A stretch of 61,726 nt of DNA from a virus, in UHGV virus genome UHGV-0342951; one strand, 5' to 3'. Positions 20,731-29,729 of the stretch are shown one piece after another; the first letter of the stretch is position 1, and each line of letters begins with the position of its first letter. Below the pieces are notes generated by a model. The model made no database searches. It was not told the origin of the DNA and saw only the letters and a list, made by a program, of their open reading frames with translations. The translations under genes and the position numbers were made by a program.

Positions 20731-21108
20731 TTAAGCGTCGTAGGCAGGAAGCGATTTGCCCCCGAGCTTCACCCAGGAAGACGGTTTACCCAGCAGAGTA
20801 GCGCGGTCGCCGATGACCGTTGTGCCGAGGACGGCACCATCCTGCCCGGCAGGCTGTTCAGCAGCTTCGATGGTGGCGACACGATGCAGAGCATCCGCCA
20901 GAGGACGCAATTCGGCATCAGAAAGTTTGGTCATGGCATTGATAATGGTGCGAAGACTGGCGTCGTCAACGGCTACCAGGTTCGTCAGCGTACAACCGCT
21001 GAGAGTCGAACCGCTGATTTCACTGTTCTGGATGGTGGAACCGGTGATGGTAACATCCATGAGGGTTCCACCCTGCATAAACTCGATAGGACCACAATTG
21101 GGAGCCAT
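20731..21108 (-). CDS. Hypothetical protein (125 aa) with short beta-helix-like T/S-G repeats
   Basis: ORF in the track; ITGSTIQNSEISGSTLSGCTLTN stretch. Confidence 0.45.
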   Translation of the reverse strand: MAPNCGPIEFMQGGTLMDVTITGSTIQNSEISGSTLSGCTLTNLVAVDDASLRTIINAMTKLSDAELRPLADALHRVATIEAAEQPAGQDGAVLGTTVIGDRATLLGKPSSWVKLGGKSLPAYDA

Positions 21109-21109
21109 A

Positions 21110-21571
21110 CTAGCCTCCTACAAAAATTTCCGGTGCGTGCACTTGTCCAATGTCATACAAGTCAGCATAGACATTAGCAGTGCCGACCATAGTGGCATCG
21201 TTGAGTTCAAGCTGGTAGGAACCGGGAATCCCAACAGCCATGACACTGTTGCAAAGCGACAGGCTCCACAGGCAGTTCATTGTGCTGACGGCAATGTCCG
21301 CCATGAGTTCACTCGATACATGGTTGACATCAACAATCCAACCGCAACAATCCTGCGCTGTATCCTTCGTCGAAGGCAGGCGGGAGCCGGAAAAATCATG
21401 GATGAGCCGATGCAGACATGCTTGCATGGGCGTGGCCACTTCATTCTCGACACGGAATTTGTACTTGTTGAAACCAACCGCCCACAGGACGACAACTTTT
21501 CCGGGGTGTACGGTAAAAACCGAAGACAGAACGGTCGTATTTTCGGGTGTCCAAAGCGGTACGATAGCCAT
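21110..21571 (-). CDS. Hypothetical protein (about 153 aa; start at MAIVPLWTP)
   Basis: GGGAG RBS 8 nt upstream of the internal ATG on the minus strand. Confidence 0.45.
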   Translation of the reverse strand: MAIVPLWTPENTTVLSSVFTVHPGKVVVLWAVGFNKYKFRVENEVATPMQACLHRLIHDFSGSRLPSTKDTAQDCCGWIVDVNHVSSELMADIAVSTMNCLWSLSLCNSVMAVGIPGSYQLELNDATMVGTANVYADLYDIGQVHAPEIFVGG

Positions 21572-21824
21572 CAGAAACTCCCTATCAGGTAGCCGAGAAC
21601 GGCTCCATATATGAGCCCTCGAACAGTATTGCAGCAGATACAGTCGTTCTGTTTGAACGGGAACAACCATATCTTATAAACAACGTTGTAAATCTTATTG
21701 TCAGGTTTTTCAATATCCGTGTCGTACAGATACCCGTGACAAAAATTCACGTTGTTACAAAACCACGCCACAAACTTGTATGCCCAGGTCCCTTTCTTGG
21801 GGGAGGGCGTGTTCAGCAATTCCA

Positions 21825-23804
21825 TCAGGCTTCACCTCCTGTGATGTCAGCCGTAACACCAGCACCAGTGGGCGAAGGCGGCGCCGGATTGGGAGCAGAC
21901 CCAGCTCCCGGCATGACCCCCATCGGTGACATCTGCTCCATCTGGCCCAGAACATTGTCGGGAACACCCATAGTACCAAGCAGGGTCTTGAGGCTCCAGG
22001 AGATTACAGGGGCCAGATTGACCGCCTGACCGAGCGCACCGGCTGCGGCACCGACAGTCTGAAGAATCTCCATGGCCGACTGCTTTTCCATCTCCTTCTT
22101 GAGCAGCCCTTCAGCTCCCTTCGTGATGATATGGCTGTCGCCTTTGACCTCCATGTCTTTGGCAAACAACATGTTGGTATTATACAGCAATTCCCCAAGC
22201 GGCTTGAAGACACCGTAGGCGATGTTGTCTGCTGCCGCATGGAGGGCCTTAGTGGCATTGCCTTGCAGCATGGACATGCCACGGAACGTGCGCATGGCCC
22301 CGGAACCAACAGCCTCACCATGGAGTGCCGCAGGGATATTGGTGACACGGTCAGCAAGCTGCATGAACATTTCCATGAGCTGTGCATACGCCGGGATATT
22401 GGAAGGGATATTCGTAAAGCGGAACGCGGGCATATTGTTGTTGCCCAGGTCAGAGTCGGACAAGTAAAGACTCCCGGGCACTATCTGCCCGAGCTCACCC
22501 TTGCCGATATACGACGCGATGCGCCTGTAGTCTGCTTCACAGATAGGCGCCGAAGCATTGGCCGCATTGCGCATGAGGTACATAAGGCTCGCCATGTAAG
22601 CACGTTCGATGTCGCGCAAACGCTGGGCGATACCATCACCGGCAATACGGTCTCCGCCAGTACGATAAAAACTCGCGGTATATACCGGGCGCGTCTGTAT
22701 CTTGGGGTCGGAGAAGACCCTCACCTCGATGACGCGCCCCTGGACCAACGAAATCTGGCAGTTGTAGAAGTCACCATCATCGAGGCCCTGGATGTCATAT
22801 TTTTGCAGTTCCCTGCCAGACATGAGCCCGTAGTGGGTCAGGACCTCGATAGGGCTCACGTTAGAAGACCACAACGCCATATTGCGCTGTCCTTCATCCG
22901 GGGGCCGAGACAACCAGCTCAGGTTGAAGTCTACATTGGGGTCGTCAGCCTGCTTCAAAATGTCCTTGATGTTGGCCGCGATGTAACCGTCGAGCTTGGA
23001 GGCATTCAACAACTCGCGCCGTGTCCAACGGGTACGAGTAAAAATACATGTCCCACGCTGCGTATCAGGACTGTCAGGACTGTAGGCAAAGTCGAAGGGA
23101 CTTATGGCGCGGAATGTCGGAAAGACTTCCGTATCAATACGCGGCTTATTCTTGCCCCACACGAGACGCGGGGCCCGCGTGATATAGGGGCCAGCGAAAA
23201 CCGCAAAAGGATAGATGGGGAACCATTGCAAAAAGTCGGTGAGAGCCCGATTGAAGCCGCCTTCGGCACACTGGTCAGCCAGCAGCATCATCATGGCGTC
23301 GGCAGATTTCTTTGCCTTTTCCGTTTCTTTGAAATGCATCTCACGCTTCTGCTGCCGGATAGCTTCGATGAGCTGGGATGCGTCTTCAAAACTGCCGCTC
23401 TGGAGCTGTGCTTTTATCTCGTTGAAAATTTCATCCTGCGCCACAGGAGAAATATCAGGACGCGGCGTAGGTATCACGGTCCAGGGGAGCGAAGCATCCC
23501 CGGAACTGGTCATGGCGTCATTGAGATAGGAATTGGCGATGTCGGCTTTCAAAGCGGTCAGGTTGATGTAGGCATCGACACCCAGAGCTTCCGCTCGCTC
23601 CTTCGTATCACACGACATGATACCATTCTGCTGGTTCCAGCAGTTCTCAAGTACGGTGCGAAGAGGCTTGCCATTCACAAGCTCAGTAGACTGCCACGAC
23701 ACAGCGCCATTGAACCTGTCCATGACGGCCTCGGCCAGCGGGTCGTGGGATTTCTCCTTCACGTCCTCGATTTCCAGCATCCAGTTGATAGCGTCGCTCA
23801 TCAA
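21825..23804 (-). CDS. Portal protein candidate (about 655 aa)
   Basis: Large ORF directly downstream of the terminase and IscB genes, in the canonical portal position. Its first in-frame ATG overlaps the iscB stop (TGATG). Assigned by size and position only. Confidence 0.5.
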   Translation of the reverse strand: MMSDAINWMLEIEDVKEKSHDPLAEAVMDRFNGAVSWQSTELVNGKPLRTVLENCWNQQNGIMSCDTKERAEALGVDAYINLTALKADIANSYLNDAMTSSGDASLPWTVIPTPRPDISPVAQDEIFNEIKAQLQSGSFEDASQLIEAIRQQKREMHFKETEKAKKSADAMMMLLADQCAEGGFNRALTDFLQWFPIYPFAVFAGPYITRAPRLVWGKNKPRIDTEVFPTFRAISPFDFAYSPDSPDTQRGTCIFTRTRWTRRELLNASKLDGYIAANIKDILKQADDPNVDFNLSWLSRPPDEGQRNMALWSSNVSPIEVLTHYGLMSGRELQKYDIQGLDDGDFYNCQISLVQGRVIEVRVFSDPKIQTRPVYTASFYRTGGDRIAGDGIAQRLRDIERAYMASLMYLMRNAANASAPICEADYRRIASYIGKGELGQIVPGSLYLSDSDLGNNNMPAFRFTNIPSNIPAYAQLMEMFMQLADRVTNIPAALHGEAVGSGAMRTFRGMSMLQGNATKALHAAADNIAYGVFKPLGELLYNTNMLFAKDMEVKGDSHIITKGAEGLLKKEMEKQSAMEILQTVGAAAGALGQAVNLAPVISWSLKTLLGTMGVPDNVLGQMEQMSPMGVMPGAGSAPNPAPPSPTGAGVTADITGGEA

Positions 23805-25069
23805 AAATCGGCGCGGAGACCCCTGCCTTCAGGCAGGGGAGGAAGCGCCGCCTCCTTTCTGAGTTCGGTTAAATAGGTCCTGCGTCTTTCGTGCAGGCGA
23901 AGCTTTTTGAAGCTGATGCCTGCTGATATCCGCGTTCCGTCAAGCTTTCGCACGTCGAAGCTGCCCGTTGATCGACGGCCGAAGATGAAGGCCGTCTCGC
24001 CCTTGCAGGCGACTTTGTCGAAAAGACGAAAGCCCTTCACTTCGTACGGCGCCTGATTGCGCTTGCGAACGCCGCCTTTCAAGATCGAAAGCTTGTGAAT
24101 CTGCCGGTTGTGACGGCGCGTCTGCTTTTGGTAGTAGAAACTGCCGAGCCGATCGGCCTTGAGGTTTCCGGCGATGCAGAAGGCGTCGGCGCAATGAGAT
24201 TTCGCAATCCCGTGCTCGATGCGCGCATGCTTCGTCAGATAGCCGTAGGTATTGCGCACTTCCAGTTCCGGATGCGCCGCCTTCAGTCGATCGAGCACCT
24301 TCCATCGCATGATGCCCATGAAGGCTTCGGCTCTGAACGACGCGCCGCGCTTGATGCTGAGCTTGATCTCGCCGCGGTGAAGCGCCTTGTGGCACGTCTC
24401 GCAGAGCGTGATCAGATTGCCTGGCGAATCGCCGCCGGTGCGCCTGGATTCCAGATGGTGAACGTTGAGCACCGGATCCTTCGACCTGCCGCCGCAGTGC
24501 CGGCAGACATGCCCGTCTCTGAAGAGCACGTATTCGCGGACATTCCAAAAGCCGAGCTGTTCGCCCTGCTGATAGCCTTTTCCGGAAATGTCGGGATTCT
24601 TCAGAAGCTGCATGTCGAAGGATGCCGTTTCGACAGTGATCTTCGTTACGGGAAGAATCCGCAGAACCGCCTCTATGCGCGAAAGATGCGCAGCGATGCG
24701 GTTTTCCACCGACGGGGCAAGCCAGCCTTTGCGCTTGCTGCGGACGCGGTTGTCGAACCGCGGCGCGCGATAGCGCGTTTTGCGGCTGCGGCGTGCGCGC
24801 CGCAAGGCAAGACGGGCTGACAGCAGATCGGTGATGTCCTGCCGGAGTTCGATCTCGGACGCATAGAGTTCGGCCTTTTCCGTCGAAGCGGAAAGACCGA
24901 CATGCTTGTAACCGGCATCAACGCCGAGGCTCACCGGCTGCTTCGATTCGCCGCCGGCAGTCGTGAGCCGAATGGTGAAGGGCGTCTGCCTCGCCACTGC
25001 TGCTTTCTTCTCTTTCAGGAGAATGCGCGCCTTTGCCGCCGAACACGGCATCAGGGGCTTCCCCCGCAT
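23801..25069 (-). CDS. iscB: IscB (OMEGA system RNA-guided nuclease, IS200/IS605-associated): PLMP - RuvC-I - bridge helix - RuvC-II - HNH - RuvC-III
   Basis: N-terminal MRGKPLMPCSAAKARILLKE matches the PLMP motif. LGVDAGYKHVGLSA is RuvC-I, followed by an Arg-rich stretch RRARRSRKTRYRAPRFDNR (bridge helix). The HNH is CRHCGG...VHHLESRRTGGDSPGNLITLCETCHKALH. SHCADAFCIAGN is RuvC-III-like. The ORF in the track begins 21 nt upstream at a TTG. Confidence 0.85.
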   Translation of the reverse strand: MRGKPLMPCSAAKARILLKEKKAAVARQTPFTIRLTTAGGESKQPVSLGVDAGYKHVGLSASTEKAELYASEIELRQDITDLLSARLALRRARRSRKTRYRAPRFDNRVRSKRKGWLAPSVENRIAAHLSRIEAVLRILPVTKITVETASFDMQLLKNPDISGKGYQQGEQLGFWNVREYVLFRDGHVCRHCGGRSKDPVLNVHHLESRRTGGDSPGNLITLCETCHKALHRGEIKLSIKRGASFRAEAFMGIMRWKVLDRLKAAHPELEVRNTYGYLTKHARIEHGIAKSHCADAFCIAGNLKADRLGSFYYQKQTRRHNRQIHKLSILKGGVRKRNQAPYEVKGFRLFDKVACKGETAFIFGRRSTGSFDVRKLDGTRISAGISFKKLRLHERRRTYLTELRKEAALPPLPEGRGLRADF

Positions 25070-25360
25070 GTTCAAAACAAATACTCTCAAGTTTTGTCCC
25101 CTCGGCCCGAAGGCCGGTAATGATCCTTCGCCAATGTTGGAAGGGGTTTCCTGCCGGCGGCACCGCTCCTACCTCTCAGAGCTTTTAACCGCCGACCGCA
25201 GAGCGCGGAACTAGGATCTACATTCCGCGGTGCCTGTGCATTCCCAACCAACGTAGTCCGCATTCCTGCGGACTGAGGCTAGTCAACCAGAGGCTTTCCA
25301 CAAGCCTCGGCCTTCAGGCCGGGGTAGTTGACAACTTTCTCCCTATCAAATCACTCGCCT
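25070..25360 (-). ncRNA. Candidate omegaRNA (guide RNA scaffold) of the IscB element
   Basis: A 290-nt non-coding gap immediately 5' of iscB on the same strand. It is densely packed with GC hairpins (GGCCTGAAGGCC, GAGGCTTGTGGAAAGCCTC, GTCCGCAGGAATGCGGAC, CGCGGAATGTAGATCCTAGTTCCGCG, CCGGCCTTCGGGCCG). IscB omegaRNAs are encoded 5' of the ORF. Confidence 0.4.
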
Positions 25361-25371
25361 GGGCGTCAATC

Positions 25372-26880
25372 TCATACGACGCTGGACAAAGAACTGCGCC
25401 TGCGTATGAGTTCGTCCCTGACGTTTTGCATCGTGGTATCCTTATCCATATTGTCCCCACGCTGGATAAGAAGGGCCGCGTACTGGAGAGCGTCATGCAC
25501 ATGACTCGCATCATTCTTTTCCGGGCTCGGCGTGTACACAGAGCCCATCGTCCCGGAAGCCCGCAACTTGCGGTATCGGTATTCATGCGAGAACCCACGA
25601 ATGAGCATCTGACAGGCCGGGTCGATGAGCAACCCTCCGGCACGATGGTTGAGCATATGCTCCACTGTCTGGATGCGAACCCTGGGATTGTTCGTCAATT
25701 CCGTCACAGCCTTGATACCAGCGTCAGCGAAACGCTGCTTGGGCGTGACGGCCTGCCACGAATCCCGAGTATTGCTCGGGTCGATGGCAGCAACCAGAGG
25801 ATTCGTGCTGTACCGGCCCCGCAGCAGCGGTATCAGCATACCATGCAGGAAATTTTCAAACCCCTCGTTGTCAGCATACAATTCATCCAGCACACACCAG
25901 GTCCCGTTGATGTTTTGCAGGATGACCGCAGCAGGATGGATACCAGACTGGTCCACACCGATGATGATGGGCTGGAAAGGTCGCGGTTCCAACGCTTCCG
26001 ACGCCACATGGATGTTGATGTTGAAATTCGAGTAGACCGGCTTGCCGTCAACGATAGGCACGTCCATCATGCAATACTGGTTGTCGATAATGTCCGTGCG
26101 CCCGGTCTTGAGCAAGGCATCTATCTGGTTACGGTAATACCGCATACCTTGCTGTTCGGGCGTGAAATCGTCCGGGTCCCCTTCTTCTCTGGCACCCAGA
26201 TTGCGCAAATTCTCGGCGTCCGGGTTCACCTCATACGTCACGACACCAGTGACTTCATCAACGTGCTTGAAGGCAGCGGGAGGCTGCCTGAACACTGCCC
26301 AGTTGGGTTGCGGGTTGTGGATGTACTCATCGAGCCAGGAGCCAGGTTCAGGCTGGTTGAAGTCCATGATGGTTCCGCCCCATGAAATACCGCCGAGGTC
26401 CTGGGACGGGTAACGCCCGATACGTCCCGTGACAGCGTTATACACTTCGGGCGAGCAACCCGTGGCTTCATTGAGCCAGGCAAACGTCCAGTTGGCAGAC
26501 CGCAGCTTGGGGGCATCATCAGCCGTCTTGAGGGCCCACAACTCCAGTTCAAGAGAGACCTTGGTACCATCAGGCAGCGGAATGAAATAGAACCCGCGCA
26601 CAGGAGCACCAGAACTGGCAATCGTACCATATTCAGCGGGCAGCAGTTCGATAAGCGACCTGCGCGTGGTGGCGATGAGTTCGGGATAAGACGAACGCAC
26701 GACCCCGACACGGACATATCGTACACCGTCTGGAGCAGGATTCTGGGCACACGCACACGTCAGCACATCTGCAACACAGGCACACGATTTCCCTGACCCA
26801 TAGGGCCCGACAATCATCTTGAGATACTTGTCGCAGTTATGCAGGAGCATACCAGTAGGCGAAGGCACATAGTTGAACAT
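25372..26880 (-). CDS. terL: Terminase large subunit
   Basis: Walker A GPYGSGKS near the N-terminus and a C-terminal nuclease-type segment IIIGVDQSGIHPAAV...D. 502 aa. Followed by a portal-sized gene. Confidence 0.9.
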   Translation of the reverse strand: MFNYVPSPTGMLLHNCDKYLKMIVGPYGSGKSCACVADVLTCACAQNPAPDGVRYVRVGVVRSSYPELIATTRRSLIELLPAEYGTIASSGAPVRGFYFIPLPDGTKVSLELELWALKTADDAPKLRSANWTFAWLNEATGCSPEVYNAVTGRIGRYPSQDLGGISWGGTIMDFNQPEPGSWLDEYIHNPQPNWAVFRQPPAAFKHVDEVTGVVTYEVNPDAENLRNLGAREEGDPDDFTPEQQGMRYYRNQIDALLKTGRTDIIDNQYCMMDVPIVDGKPVYSNFNINIHVASEALEPRPFQPIIIGVDQSGIHPAAVILQNINGTWCVLDELYADNEGFENFLHGMLIPLLRGRYSTNPLVAAIDPSNTRDSWQAVTPKQRFADAGIKAVTELTNNPRVRIQTVEHMLNHRAGGLLIDPACQMLIRGFSHEYRYRKLRASGTMGSVYTPSPEKNDASHVHDALQYAALLIQRGDNMDKDTTMQNVRDELIRRRSSLSSVV

Positions 26881-26883
26881 GGT

Positions 26884-27336
26884 CTACTCCACAGGCAGCG
26901 CATGGGCCACCTTGGCTACACCTTTCGGCAAGGGGAGAGGGACGGCCACATTGACCTGGGTATTCACCTGTGTGGTCTCCTTGGCGTCAGCGAGACCCGC
27001 CACCTTGACCAGCATATCGAGAAGTTTCAATGCATCACGGGGCTCCATGTCTCCGTTATGCGCATCACGGAACAACTTCTCCCAAAGGGCTTGGGAAAGT
27101 GTCAGGGCCCTGTATCTCGCCCCGGCTTTGCTGCCCTGATTTTTTACCTCTTCCAAACTCCCCTGAAAAAGCTGCTGAAAGTATGGATTGTGCAGGATGT
27201 CCACGAGTTCCTGCTTCGTGAGACCATACTCAGACAAAATGGACTTGATGTCCGTAGGACTGTCGGGAACTTGCAAAATAGCGAGGTCCCGGGCCAGTGA
27301 CGGCCAACGTACCTGATTCTTCAAAGGTTCATTCAT
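26884..27336 (-). CDS. Terminase small subunit candidate (about 150 aa; start at MNEPLKNQ)
   Basis: Positioned immediately upstream of terL, with a GGAGA RBS just after a terminator hairpin. No motif, position only. Confidence 0.4.
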   Translation of the reverse strand: MNEPLKNQVRWPSLARDLAILQVPDSPTDIKSILSEYGLTKQELVDILHNPYFQQLFQGSLEEVKNQGSKAGARYRALTLSQALWEKLFRDAHNGDMEPRDALKLLDMLVKVAGLADAKETTQVNTQVNVAVPLPLPKGVAKVAHALPVE

Positions 27337-27355
27337 GGTGCTGAGTCTCCAAGAT

Positions 27356-27383
27356 AAAAAGGGGAGGCATACGCCTCCCCTTT
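27356..27383 (-). terminator. Rho-independent terminator (GGGGAGGCgtatGCCTCCCC plus U-run) ending the fibre/lysis transcript before terS
   Basis: Perfect 8-bp GC stem with a T-run on the minus strand. Confidence 0.5.
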
Positions 27384-27541
27384 CGGTATTCGATTGTTGC
27401 ATCAAGAACAGCGCATCTGCGCATATTTAACGGCGGCAACCGGGGGGTTGTCAACCTGGCTCGCAGCCACAATGGCAATGAGGCGATGGCCTGGGAGCAA
27501 TGCCCAGGCAGGCTTATGTAATCAGCGGGAAATCCGCTAAT

Positions 27542-28195
27542 TTACGCAGTAAAACGAACGAGGGCCGACACATAGGACTGAGTCGTCATACCGGTGACAG
27601 CCAGTTTCACAGCCTTGCCTTTGAGTGCACCAAGTGTCTGCGGAGAGTCATTCAGCGTGATGGGGTTGGCCCCGGATTCCGTACTCAACACGATACTGAC
27701 ACCACTCGTTCCGGCACCATCGGCTTCGATATAGCTGAGAGTGGCATTGTTCCAGTCACTCGCAAGGACTGTGTGGATGACTTCGTCAGGGAAGGCAAAA
27801 TACAGCGGGAGGACGACAAAAGCGGAAGGCATATGTGCAGCCAGCCACTCCTGGTCGACCTGAATCACGCCCTCTTCGGTAATGGTGATACCTTCCCCAG
27901 CAGTCAGCGACCCACCGAGGACATCTTCAAGAGCCGTAAGGTCGATTTCCACTGCGATGGAATCGCCCTGCAAAGGAGCCTCTGCTCCGTCATTGAACGT
28001 GAGTATACCCCCCGTGCTCTTGAGCAGAAACTTATCGGGAACCGTGGGGTGTCCGCCAGCAGTCGAACCGTCATGGACGACCACGACATGCTTATCGGTG
28101 TCGACGGTGAGCTCACCGGGGAGGCCCTTGTATGTTTTGTGCTGGGCAGTCGTCCCCCTGAACTGCTGGATAGGACTGGAGTTGTTTCTCGCCAT
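27542..28195 (-). CDS. Short tail fibre paralogue (217 aa) sharing its N-terminal about 50 aa with the adjacent 452-aa fibre
   Basis: MARNNSSPIQQFRGTTAQHKTYKGLPGELTVDTDKHVVVVHDGSTAGG aligns with MARKTPDAIQQYRGTTAQHAAYTGKIGELTVDTDKKVVVVHDGVTAGG of the neighbouring gene. The C-termini are unrelated. Confidence 0.6.
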   Translation of the reverse strand: MARNNSSPIQQFRGTTAQHKTYKGLPGELTVDTDKHVVVVHDGSTAGGHPTVPDKFLLKSTGGILTFNDGAEAPLQGDSIAVEIDLTALEDVLGGSLTAGEGITITEEGVIQVDQEWLAAHMPSAFVVLPLYFAFPDEVIHTVLASDWNNATLSYIEADGAGTSGVSIVLSTESGANPITLNDSPQTLGALKGKAVKLAVTGMTTQSYVSALVRFTA

Positions 28196-28311
28196 ATGTA
28201 TATACCTACCTCTTTACATACTGCATTAGGAGGGGACGTATAGAAAACTACCCTCTCGAACAAGAGGGTGCAGCCGGGGGGCTTTCCTCGGCTGCACCCA
28301 TGGCAAAACGC

Positions 28312-29670
28312 TTAGGCGTCCATGGTGCCGTAGTCGGAATAGACCATCAGCTTGCCATTGTCGCACTGAATCTGATTGCCGGGGGTCTCGGAAATCATGG
28401 AGCAGCCCAGAGAACCTTCAGCGTTGCCGACCATATCGTTGACGATATTCTCGACCGGGGTCTTGAGGTCATTTTCAGTCAGCAGCGCACCCTTGTCAGT
28501 ACCGGTCTTGATGACATTACTGGCATCAGCAGACACGACCTTCACGGACAGCTTGCCGTCGGCACCTTCCTTGAGGGCGTTGTTCGTGTCAGTGGAGACC
28601 GTATTGGTGAAGTCCACCACGATGTTGCCGCTTTCGTCGAACTTGATACCGGTGCCCAGCTTGGCCGAGATGGTATGACCGTTGATGGTGATACCCTGAC
28701 CGGCGGTGTACACATCGATGAGTTCGGTGACATCCACATAGGTGTCAACCACGCTGTTGTCGGACAGCGCCCAGATGAAGTGCAGGTAAGTACCGGCCTT
28801 CAGACCCACCCGGGGCGTGAAAGAGACAGTGCCGCTGATGGTCGTACCAGCCACATTGAACGTGACGGAAGCCGTGGAATTGTCATCGAAGGTCACACGG
28901 GCCGGGCTGGTACGGTCTTCGACCGTTTTATCGTCGCCGTTGAACACGGCACGCACGGCAGCGACGGACGTACCGCCGGTGAGCATTTCAGTGCTGAAGG
29001 CAGCCGTACCGGCGGTACCCTTGGTGGTCTCGACCAGGACGCCGACAGCCTTGGCCCAGTTGCCAGCCTGGTCACGGAACATCAGGGACAGGCGGTAGTC
29101 ACCCTCCACAGCCTCACCGGCGGCATCGGGTTTGCCATGCACCAGTTCGACACCCTTGAGCACGGAAGTGCTGGACGGGACGGTCACGGTAGCAACTTCG
29201 GTAACACCGTCATGGCCGATGATTTTGAGCTCGCCGGAATACGGGTGGTAGGTCATGCTGAGGTCGGCGGCAACCTTGCCGTCGGCATCATGCAGAATCT
29301 TGTCGCCTGCGCGGATGATGAGATCGGCGTCAGGAGCCTTGGCATACAGCTTGTCATCAGTACCCACGGACAGACCGTTGTTGGCGTCGGTGGACACCAA
29401 GTCGGTAGCCAGGGAAGTCATGTCCACAGTGAGCGCCACATCGCCAGCGAGAGTGCCCTCGGTGGAGCCGTTCACTTTCAGGTGGGTGTCACCAGTGACC
29501 TTGCGGTCTTCACGCGCCATGGGCACGCCACCGGCGGTAACGCCGTCATGGACGACCACGACCTTCTTGTCGGTATCGACGGTGAGTTCGCCGATTTTGC
29601 CCGTGTACGCAGCATGCTGGGCAGTAGTACCACGATACTGCTGGATAGCGTCAGGAGTTTTTCGAGCCAT
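28312..29670 (-). CDS. Tail fibre protein (452 aa)
   Basis: Conserved fibre N-terminal module (see paralogue), then Thr/Val/Gly-rich repeats with recurring D-x-N-N-G-L motifs. Confidence 0.65.
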   Translation of the reverse strand: MARKTPDAIQQYRGTTAQHAAYTGKIGELTVDTDKKVVVVHDGVTAGGVPMAREDRKVTGDTHLKVNGSTEGTLAGDVALTVDMTSLATDLVSTDANNGLSVGTDDKLYAKAPDADLIIRAGDKILHDADGKVAADLSMTYHPYSGELKIIGHDGVTEVATVTVPSSTSVLKGVELVHGKPDAAGEAVEGDYRLSLMFRDQAGNWAKAVGVLVETTKGTAGTAAFSTEMLTGGTSVAAVRAVFNGDDKTVEDRTSPARVTFDDNSTASVTFNVAGTTISGTVSFTPRVGLKAGTYLHFIWALSDNSVVDTYVDVTELIDVYTAGQGITINGHTISAKLGTGIKFDESGNIVVDFTNTVSTDTNNALKEGADGKLSVKVVSADASNVIKTGTDKGALLTENDLKTPVENIVNDMVGNAEGSLGCSMISETPGNQIQCDNGKLMVYSDYGTMDA

Positions 29671-29729
29671 AATTCAGCACCTTTCAAAGTTGAATATTAT
29701 ATTATATTACGCACCGATACACCACTGTG

